DNA of 64,000 nucleotides, taken from Vermamoeba vermiformis. Its lineage: Eukaryota. The stretch lies in assembly GCA_045837725.1 (NCBI GenBank), contig JBEWZL010000270.1:186001-250000 (forward strand). The letters run 5' to 3'. Positions within the stretch are counted from its first letter, which is position 1; the number at the start of each line of letters is the position of its first letter. Below the pieces are notes generated by a model, which was given only the letters and a program-made list of their open reading frames with translations, did no database searches and had not been told where the DNA came from. Below are positions 13,701 through 24,298 of this stretch, piece by piece. A program made the translations under genes and the position numbers.

Positions 13701-14892
13701 AACGAGCTCATAAATAGCCAAAGCTTGCGGGAAAAATCTAGAGGGACACTGCGTTAGTCACGTTCAAGTAAAAAGATTTCTTGCCGTACATTTGTTTGCT
13801 ATCACCGAAATAGAAACTATGATACTCGCCGCACAGCAAATAGACACACTGTTTCACTCGCTTGTGCATTCCTGCTTCGATAAGCAAAGGCAAAATCTCG
13901 ATAATGAACGCCAAAGTGATTCCAAGTAATCTGCGGGGTCGATTGATCCGACACAATTCTGGTGAGATCGTGTTTAGTAGCTGGATAATACTCGTTGTGC
14001 ATGCGTCGACTGGAAGCTTAAATCGCCAATTAGCAGGTGTCTCTTCGTCTCTTGGAACTTCATTAGCTATTTCTTCGTCACCTCCGTCCCTTGGAGCGTC
14101 ATCCGCTATTCCTTCCTCATCTTCGTCGCTTGGGACGTCTTCAGGCATTTCTTCGTCTTCTTCGTCTTCTTCGTCATTTTGCAGATTTGACTGCTCGTTA
14201 TCTTCTTCCTCTGAGCTTTCAGATTGATATTTGCCTCCTCTTCCGTGCATGTAGTCATCTTCTTCTTGATTCCGACGCAAATGTTCCTCCACTGCGCTGA
14301 CCATGTTACCAATCGCGTGTCTGGCGAAATTGTAAATCTAAGCCCATTATGATAAACAGATAATACCTTAATTTAAAATAGCGCGTCCAATCCATGTATT
14401 TTTTGTCTCCATCTATTGCAGAAAAAGTAAATTAAAATCTGAAAGATCCAAATCCACGATCGTCGTACCTGAAAAGGTTGGAAGCAAATACTCCGCTGAA
14501 TCATATTCAACAGTGCCTTGAATATTTATAACTCGAAGAGGAATGATGCCAGAGCCGAAGGAAGAGATCGCCAATGACCGCCAAAAGCTTTGATATTTTG
14601 TAGCAGCATTAAAGCGGCGACAAACCTGGCATAATCGCCCTAAAAATAGTATTATTTGCTATAATGCATAATCCACGGCGATCGAAGATGGAGGACTTTT
14701 TTGCGGATTTATTTCGATTTATTGAGCTTTTTTTCGTAAGATCGACTTACCAAGGTTGGAATAACCAGCCAAGACGATGATATTTTGAATAATCTCAAAG
14801 CTAAAATTGTCAAACAAATTTTCTGAGCGGTCCATTTTGTGTTTTTTTGTCGATTGTGGATTTGGTTCGCTCTCAGCCTTTCTTTTAAGCAT
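10752..14892 (-). CDS. Large multi-exon F-box-like protein, paralog 3
   Basis: MLKRKAESEPNPQSTKKHK..LFDNFSFEIIQNII|..RLCQVCRRFNAATKYQSFWRS. Collinear exons, ending KKWTSMKDMFDIDSL*. Confidence 0.72.
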
Positions 14893-15027
14893 TATCGTTA
14901 AGCGCTGACTCGTTTAATTTTATAAACCTTGTAAAGGCTAGTGGATTGCTTCGTTGATTTTCAAAAAAAAGAAAAACCGATCAGGGACTGTCTCTGTGCT
15001 CGCTCATTTATTCCCTCGTAAAGATCA

Positions 15028-18000
15028 TTACGCGCTATTTTCATCTTCGCCATCTACTTTGGGTCGCAATGTTGGAGGAGCCAACTTCGCCAAAGCAGGC
15101 TTGGGTTGTGCAGGCAAAGGTCGGCTTTGCTTCACAGGGCTTGGCTTGGGTGCAGGAGCAGGACTATTAGCGCCACTATTTTGTGCGCTATCCATTTTCG
15201 TAAAGATATTATTCTTTACGTTGTTCTTGGATGCGAAACTGATCGCGGTTCCGTTGGGACTGGATGCTTGCTCAGTACTTGTTTTAGTCTTGTCCACTTC
15301 CAAGCTGCCCTTAGGACTAGCACTAAGCTTAGCATTGGCACCGCTAGTAGTCACTCCTGCGCTTGGTGCCGAAGTCGATTTTTCCATTGAAGTGCTCGGG
15401 GTTTGAGTCGTGGATGCGCCAGTAGAATTGGACGCAAATTCATTTGATACAGCTGGCGAGACTTTAGTCGGCGACTTGCTCTTGGGACGAACAGGTTTTT
15501 GAGGCAAAGGCTCGATGGTGATTGTCGGGACATCCAAAGATGAGCCCACTGACGCGGATTGTTTAGGTCCGTCTTCTATTGATGAAATATCAAGAGTTAA
15601 TAACTTAGCCATATAAAAATACACCGAGTAGTACCTTTGTTAGACTTGGAAGATTTTTTCTTCTTGGAATCGTTAAGTCCCTTGGCGTCACTCAACGACT
15701 TCTTCAACGAATCGCTGCTCGATTTGACTTTTTCTTTTTTGTCTTTTTTCTCTTTCTCCTTCTCTTTTTCTTTCTCCTTGCCGATGTTTTTCTTCGACAA
15801 CCGCTTCGAGCTGCGCTTCTCCTTGGCTTCTTTATCTTTCTTGCCACGCGGCGACAAATGCGCAAGTTCAGCTGGGATTTTTTGCTTGTCTTGTTCGCTG
15901 GCTTGATTAACGTTCACGATTGAAATAGTGCTGCTTCGTTGCTTAGTCACCTGATCACTCGGTGAGCTGGCAGGAAGATTTGAAGCTGTCTTGCGATGCG
16001 ATCGATCCTTCTTCTTCGAATCAACGACAGTAAGTTCAGGAACCTTCACTTCTTGTGACACATTTGGCGAAGTCTGGACAGGTGGCGTTGGCGACTTTTC
16101 TTCGACTGGTTTGGCAGGCAAGGGCTTGTTGTGGTGATGGTGTTGCTCGAGCTTGGCTTCTTCTTTCGGTGCTGTTTTCTCTTCGACAACTGGCTTGGCA
16201 GGCAAGGGCTTGTTGTGATGATGATGAACCGGCTGGGCTTCTTCCTTGGGTGCTTCTTGCTCGACTTTGAGCTCTTCCTTGGCAACCTCTTTCTTCTCCT
16301 CAACAGCAGCAGGAGCAGTAGGAACGTTGTGTTCGTGAGGGTGAGTAGTATTTGCTTCGACGTGCTCCTTAGTTGCAACGACCTCGGGAGATTTCTCGGG
16401 TGAAGATAGTTGAGGAGCGTGAATTACATTCTTAAACGGATCCTCTGAAGTGCTGAGTTAGACTCGAAGACTTTCATACATCGCTACTACTTACCGTTAA
16501 CTTCAGTAGCATCGTTTTGCGCTCTCAGAGGAATCAAATCTCCAAAGAATTGATATGCCACGACTGATACGGGATAGATAATCTCGTTCTTGTTGAACGA
16601 AGGCACGCGTCGACCACCAAGTCTGCACCATAAAGCGTTAGTTACACGTGCGCCTTTCTGCCCAAATACTTGTATATAAGCTTACCTCAACGCGTTTAAT
16701 ATAAATTTAGTTGAAATGAGCTCTTGTTGAACGAGCGGACCGATTCGCGATGCGGACAAATCGAGTCTTGACATCAACGCAGCAACTTCCTCGGGGATGT
16801 CGTCGTATTCGATCTATTATGATGAAATTATTTTATCTCTATACTTAAGATTAGATTTAAAATGTTCAATGGTATGTCGTCTTACTGTCGCTTTTCCTTT
16901 TTTAATGTCCCAGATCCAGTCGATCATGTTGTTCTTTGCTATTTCCTCTAACGGCTCCCTATGTCAATCGTTATTATATGCCAATGCAAGAGTTAGTAAC
17001 ACGAGCTTACTTCAATGGGCACCACCAAATGTCAGTGCCGTAAAATGCATGCAATCTCTCGTGCATGCGGAATAAGTTTACGCCACAAATAGGTTTATCC
17101 TTGATACAAAAAATTAGTAGGAGAATATGCAATATTTTAAATCTTACGTCAAATGCGTCCAAGAAATTTTCAATGTTTCGAGACACTTCAAGTATGTACA
17201 GTTTCTTCTTTTGTGTGTATTTGTTAGGCAATTCAACGACCATTCCAACGCGCGAATACTTTGAACCTGACAAGCTCTTCACAATAGAATGCGTTGTGCC
17301 TATTAAGGCCGTATTAGTATGATCCATCAATGCTCGAAAATGCGAGTCACACAAGGGTCATACCAATGCCGCTGTACACGATTAAATCTCCTGTTTTGAA
17401 TTTGTCTTTGAACTCTTGATAGTGGAAAGTGCTTTCTTGTGTAAAATGAAGGCGAGGAGGCGTTTCCTGAGTACGTGTCAAAAATGTCATCGTGTCAAAA
17501 AGTGAAAGAATGCGAAACGTACTGGAACGGTCGAGTAATAAAATCGCAAGTGTACATTGCCGACAATCGCGTTAGGGTCCTAAATAAGGCATAATTAATA
17601 AAGTACTCATTTCAAAAACCAGAACCAGTAGATTTTCCAAAATAGTAAAAAAACGAAAAATCGGCATACTTTCCGATCAAGAATTCTTTTAAATATAGAA
17701 ATATACGTACCACAGCTTTCTTTCCTGGTTTTATTTTCAAATCGAACCATGAATCGAGAATATGCTCGTGAGGAAACGTCGTTGGCAAACCGACATTGCA
17801 TTCGCCAATCATTTTATCCGAACCGAGCGTGCTGTGTGACCATACTTCGAGCTTTAATTCTGCCTTATCGTCTACAATTTCGCTACAGATCGGAGTTAAT
17901 AAATAGTGAAATTGAAATTGCACGTGCGGACAACATCCAACAAATTTTAATTAAATTGAATTTAAAAGAGTTAAAGTATTAATTATAGTCATATTATTGA

Positions 18001-18524
18001 ACGAAGCTAATTATAAAAATATTTTGTATTCTTTGAGCGTATCTTCTCATTGTCGTACGAAAATTTGGAGGGCGAAAAGTCAAACAAATAAATGCGATTT
18101 CTATGAATGACGAAATTGGGGTACCAAATAGCCTACTTACAAGAAGAACAATTCCTTCCAGCACGGATCTACTTCGTTCTTTTGAAACGAAGTTTTGAAT
18201 TTTTGTTTATCGTAGCTTAACTTGACAAATGGGCTTCCAGCACCTAAATTTTCATTAATTACCGTTCAATATAATATAATTAATATATTTACCTTTTTTC
18301 AAACGCACTAGACCGACTCCCTCCATCACTAAAATACTAAATTAATTTCGGTTCAATGTGCCGATAATTAATTGGCAGATCAGGTGGTTAATATGGTAAG
18401 AGTACTATTGAATATTACTATCAAGCATACCATAAACAATAAGCTTCTTGGGGCTGCGATCCCAAACTTCTTCAAGTGTCTTGGGAACTTGCCCTTCGTG
18501 TGTTTTAATTGGCGGAGATGCCAT
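15028..18524 (-). CDS. C2-domain protein with permuted papain-like (NlpC/P60) domain and long Pro/Lys/Ser low-complexity tail
   Basis: C2 motifs (PFVKLSYDKQKFKT, LKLEVWSHSTLGSDKMIGEC), then KFKTGDLIVYSG..SKYSRVGMVVE typical of permuted NlpC/P60. The tail contains two HHHHNKPLPAKPV repeats. Confidence 0.65.
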
Positions 18525-18862
18525 ATGACAATCAAATAAATAATACTATGTACAAATAAATAAGTTTGTGTTGTTAATCAATGATTCAGATTTTTATGGC
18601 AGCGAGGAAGCAAGCCAAGATTTTTTGACACGCAACACAACAATTTAAAGAGATTTCGCTTATAAAAGTGTTGAAACAAGAACAAGATTACCAGAACAAT
18701 ATTTCAAGAGCGTAATTGTGCGAATTATACTCAGATCCCGGATCGTATCCGGTTGCAGAACGACCTTTCGTGTTACCCACAGAAGGTTCAAAGGTACTTT
18801 ACGTCCAGTTAAACAGTCAAATACTCATATTATTTTTTCGGTTAGCAATTCAAGTGTTCGCG
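18506..18862. repeat. Direct repeat copy A (~350 bp), covering the C2-gene start and upstream region
   Basis: catatgacaatcaaataaataatactatgtac...cggttagcaattcaag aligns with 23797-24160 with few substitutions and small indels. Confidence 0.95.
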
Positions 18863-19260
18863 AACAAAAAATTAATAAATCGAATCCATCCAACAGCACA
18901 ACCACAACGAACTTGAGTATCGATTCAAAATCATGCTCAATTGATTTACTGGCATACCGAGTACCGATTGCACGATGAGTAAATGTTATGAAGGCACATG
19001 GACACTGTGTAGAGGTTGGATGGCACGCGTGTAAAATTTTCAATTTTGATCCTCAACCAACGCCTGCTATTTTACTATAACAAGCCTCGTATGTAAAATG
19101 TAAGTTGAACTTTACTACGTTGTATTAATCGTTTCAGAAATTACATATGTAATATTATTTTACCGTTTTTTCAATTTATTTTGCTGGTCCGAAAGATTCT
19201 TCAGTGTAATGCAGCGCTAATTAATAATGATATTTTATTTAGCTCACATTTCAATGGTCC

Positions 19261-19890
19261 TTAATCGAGATCCGATAAATCAAACTGTAAGCGCAACGGG
19301 ATCGCGGCTGGCTCTGGTGACTCTTTTACAAAGCGAAGGATGTGGCACACGTTAGCGGCTATTTCAATCAATTCGCGAGTACTCTTTTTAGCCTTGGGCG
19401 ATACACCATTAGCGCACTTAAATCTGGCCTCAATGCTCGCAAGTTCAATGGCAATGTCAGAGCCGCCATTCAAACGAGGGATGCGCAAGTCGAAATGAAG
19501 TTTGTGCTTCTCTTTGTGGTCATTACCGACGCAAATATACGGAGTATCAAGGTCATCACAGTAAGCGGCCTAGAAAATAACTGATTAATCATGATGCGTT
19601 CAAGAGGCAAATCTGTCCATACTTTTTTAAAATCACAAACGGACAAAGCCGCAGAGGAATTTTTAAATATAACTCGAAATATTTACTATGGTTTCATGCT
19701 TTAATAGCGTAAATTAATGGATTTCCTACCTCAGGAGCCTTGCATCCATATTCGCTGAAAACAATCTTTCGGGGACGTCTGACGGCACTAACGATGAGCC
19801 AAACACCAACTCCAGCGAATCCTGTGGCCATAAACGTAATGAATAGGATTAGGCCAGTAAGAAGGTAATAGCTTTTAGTCTCGTTGCAGA
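19261..19890 (-). CDS. Small two-exon hypothetical protein or gene fragment with a TM segment
   Basis: Hydrophobic YYLLTGLILFITFMATGFAGVGVWLIVSAV..KAPE|GTAGG intron, TAG|AAYCDDLD..DLSDLD* splices in frame. The start is unclear. Confidence 0.35.
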
Positions 19891-20068
19891 TTCAATCAGA
19901 CTACAACTCCGCCTTTTGCTTTACCAAAAATTTGCCTTTGAGGGCCACGAATCTGGCGTCCTTCAATAGGCTAACTCTATTTATTTAAAATACTCCTCTA
20001 TGTAAGTAAAAATTCAAAAAATCATTAACTGTGCTCAGACCAAATTAGGAAATTCTCCACGTACTTTA

Positions 20069-23000
20069 CTAGTGAATCTTCAATTTCTTTTTGGTTCTCT
20101 TCTTCTCTTTGTCTTCACCATACTCAACTTGTTCGTGTTTTCTTTTCTGAGATTGGCGCTTGGGCCCTTCAGTTTGGATTTTATTACTGTGCTTCTTCTT
20201 GACTGATTTTTCTTCCAGGGCATCATCCATTTCTTTTTCATGCATTCTACGCATAGTATGTGCATGAGTTGTTTCCACTTCATCATCATTACTCTCTTCA
20301 TTGATGCAATTTTCTTCTCTGACACTATCTTTTTCCTTCTTAATGACTTCATCAACCTTTTTCATATCTGTGTTGAGAATTAAAAATAGCTCCCCTAGCC
20401 AACCTTTGCCATTTGTCTCAATAAGATTCTCTTGGTACATTTTTAATTGATTTTGCACTTCTGGGCTTTTAGCTTGGGCAAGCCATGTGCCTGGTGGTAG
20501 GTTAGGTGACATCAAGACATAGAAGTGTCCCTCCCTCTGCATCAAGCCACTTACGCCTTGAGAATTCAACTCCTTTGCAATACTGGATGGTCCAATCTGA
20601 TAACAATTGTCATTCAAGCTTCTTGTTTTATTAAAACTTACTTTTGAATTATTGGCCTTCATATTGCGACATTGAACAAGCAAGAATACAGTTGATTCAA
20701 GGAGTGCATCTTTCAGCTGTGTTGCCAATTCCTGTTGGTCATTTGTCTTATTCATTTCATCTAATTGTTGCATTTGTTCTTTAATATTCATGATTTTCTG
20801 CATTGCTTCTGTTCCTTGCACAACAGGAACCATCACATCTGCAAAGTGTGAGTTCTGCACATTAATAACAATACATTGCTCCTGTTTTAGGGTCTCAGAT
20901 ATTTGAGAATTCCTCATCAAATCATTCACTTTAATTTGTTGTGTTGCACAACCAACCCCAGAGAAGCAGACCTGTGAATTTTTAATGAATAGTGAAATTA
21001 ACCACAGTATGACAGTACATACGTAGTGATTGTCCTTTGGCCAGCTTGGAACAATATCTTGCAGCTTAACAAACTCTCCTGCTTGAGCTTGCATCCTATA
21101 ACGTGCCCAAAGAGAAGTTGCACAAGCTTGCTCAAGATAATCTCCTTGAGCTTGTAGCCCATCTGTCCTAGTAGACCCAACAATATCACCAATGACTGGC
21201 GTGAAGGTTTTAATTAACTTGGTTGAACTTTCAGGGGGTGTCAAACTCTTCAAGGATTTTCCCTGCATTTGAATTGTGAGAACAATTAATCATAGAATGA
21301 TAGATAACATCTGATAAAGGATATTTCATGCATACCAGCATCTCTGAAAAGTATAAAAAAGGCATGGTGTAGCATCGAGATATCTTTGCATTGAATTCAG
21401 ATTCGTTAAATTTGATTGGTAATATTGCTCCTTGTTCTTCTAATTGTGAATAGGTGACTTCAACATTACTGTTGACGAATGATTACTAATATTATTTAAA
21501 TTCATTTGATGTTTGCAACTTACTCTGCAATCTTGGCAGTTGCAACTCGTTCTAAGCCAAGACAACATTCAATTGTTAAATTCTCCCACACATCTTCAGG
21601 CACTCGATAACTGGCTGCAGATCTTCTCTGGAAGTACTTCTGTGTTTTTATGTTGAATTCTCTCAGAATACTTTTTTCATCTTCTGCTGAGAAATTTTTG
21701 TTCTTTATGATATGCAACAGTTTAGTATTGAGAAGTCGGTGCAAGATTTGAACTGCACGAGGGATTCCAAGGCAGCGTTGCCAAAGTGAGTGGATAATTT
21801 TTTTGCCAGCCTTTGATGGTTCTACTCTGGTCAGTTTTGATCCTTCTGTCAAATATATATTTTGTATCACTGTGTCACAGTAGTCATACTTCAGCAGTGG
21901 ATTTAATGGCAGAGTTAAGTCAACCCTAAGCACTGTGGCATCTTCCAAGAGACTAGCTTCACGTGTTGCCAAACCAGTCATGAAAACAAAAAAGCGAATA
22001 TCCAACTTATCAACAATTTGCAACTTAGGAGCAGCGTCATAAAACAGCTTGATGACTTCAAATGCAAGTGTGCGAGAGCCTGCTGGAACAAGTAATACCT
22101 GAATAGAAAAAATCAATCAGAAATTGTTTGGAGATTGTTTGACAACTTACTTGTGACTCATCAATATTGATCAACAATAACAGAGAGTTTTCATCTTCTT
22201 GTTTGGGATGTTCTTGAAGTACTAACTTGACAAACAATGAAAGCAATGAGATAAGCTCTCTGTTATTTGATCCTGGCAGTAGAAGTTGATTCGCCTCCAA
22301 GAACTTCCTGTCTTCATCTCTGTCGACTTCCAATGGAGTAATAGTGACCGGTTTACCATCGATAGTGACTTTCCTGCCTGCAAATCGAATGCTGATTGCT
22401 GATTCAACAACTTTTCGACATAAAACATCTACAGCTTGACAGATGATTGCATTGTCGTTGTTGTTCGTGATTTGTATCATATTCTTTGGTTCGGATGCTG
22501 ATATTATCAACGACCTTTTGAGCGTATTCTTAAGCACGCGTAAGAACTCTACATGGTCTTTATCAAAAGCTGGATCATATGGTGATTTTGTGAACTTGTT
22601 GTATAACTCCTCAAATGAGTATGGACATTCTTTCTGTGCTAATTCAACCTTCTTTGGATTTGTATCTGCTGCAGCGACTGGTGTTCTGTCTACCAAGAAT
22701 GAGTACAAAACATTCTTGTCGTGAAACGCTCTGATCGCCCATTCGAGCAACAGGCGTGTTTTTCCGTAGCCTGCAGTTGTTCCAAGAAACGCTGCCAGAG
22801 GTTTTGCTTCTTCGTTACCACTTCGTTCAATTTGCATGTAGTTCAAAAAACAGTCGTGCAACAACTTCAATACTGCTCGTTGACGGTTTAAAAATGGCGG
22901 GTGCTCCATATTCATCCATGCGGTTGGTAGATCGATTCCGCGAGGCAGCGGGAAAGTAAGTTGGTCGGGGATATAAGGGTGCGTCACGTTTGCTCTTCGT

Positions 23001-23395
23001 TGTTGTAGCAATTTCTTTTTCAGTTGTTCTTTCAATACTTCTCCCGAAATTTTACCATCGTCCACGGCCTCCAAAACACGAGAAATTGTAATTTCAGATT
23101 GGTTGGTGACCGCTCTTGTTGCCAAAAAGGCTTGTACAAATTTCTCTCGCAATCGGTGGACACATATCGGGGTTACCTCCGGGAGTACGGTTTGCATCCC
23201 GGCAAGAAGGATGAAGTTATGCCATTGAGAATCGAACCAATCCCCAAGACGGAAGACCTGGCATATTCGATCCGCGTCCTCGTCATCACATCCTATAACG
23301 TGACGAATCCAATTTTTATATTCTGTCGCTGTCCAGTCTTTATTCGGCAAATTCTGATTCGCCAGATTTTGTACGGCTGACGAATTATAATCCAT
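20069..23395 (-). CDS. Crinkler-like protein: N-terminal header, P-loop NTPase and PD-(D/E)xK restriction-endonuclease-like domain
   Basis: Walker A GTTAGYGKT, Walker B LLINIDESQ, FFVFMTG and GIPRA motifs. Downstream NVQNSHFADVM..VFLLVQCRN is REase-like, followed by a basic NLS-like tail. Exons splice in frame via GT-AG. Confidence 0.7.
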
Positions 23396-23796
23396 CTAAA
23401 AATTAAAATATTATTGCCCTTCTTTATATTTATTAATTTTTAAATTATAATTATACGTAAAGTATTATAACACTAAGAACTTACAGCTTAAAAATACCAG
23501 TCCGAAACACCGAGATACGTTTTTGGAGGGACCTAAAATCTCTTCTATCAACTGAAAATTCCTTTAAAAATATATAAGCATAAGCTACTAAATAGAGTAA
23601 GCTGTGCTAATGTGGTACTGCGGATCTAGTAAAAAAAAAAAGCAAAAATCTGCTAATTTTAAAAAAGCTGATTTATTACGCGTGCGTTTGCCGATATTTG
23701 TTCAACAATTTCGCCTTCAAAAGTACCAACAGGAATCTGTCACTCATAAAGTGTGCCTTGTTCACGATAATCGTTTTGTCCGATCTGATCTTAGCA

Positions 23797-24160
23797 TAAT
23801 TGGCGAGCATATGACAATCAAATAAATAATACTATGTACAAATAAATAAGTTTGTGTTGTTAATCAATGATTCAGATTTTTGTGGCAGCGTGGAAGCAAG
23901 CCAAGATTTTTTGACACGCAACACAACAATTTACAGAGATTTCGCTTGTAAAAGTGTTGAAGCAAGAACAAGATTACTATTGTACTAGTACAATATTTCA
24001 ACAGCGTAATTGTGCGAATTAGTTAACCAAAGATCCGGATCGTATCCGTTGCAGAACGACCTTTCGTGTTACCTACAGGAGGTTCAAAGATACCTTAGAA
24101 CCTACTTTATGTCCAGCCAACACTCATATTATTTTTCGGTTAGCAATTCAAGCGTTTGCG
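23797..24160. repeat. Direct repeat copy B (~350 bp)
   Basis: Paralogous to 18506-18862. It lies upstream of the Crinkler-like gene (-) and of PhoD (+). Confidence 0.95.
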
Positions 24161-24298
24161 GTGAATTCTCCCTGTCTTGGTTGCTCGTGCGATTTTGTGT
24201 TTCATTATTTGAATGATCCGAACAAGAAGAGCAACTGATAGTCATTAATTTATCTATCAATAGTTGCTAATTCTTATAATTAACTCAATTGGAATAAA

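Noticed and set aside
18506-24160. LTR retrotransposon
   Set aside because: No TG..CA termini, PBS, gag, RT or integrase were seen, and the repeat includes a host gene start.
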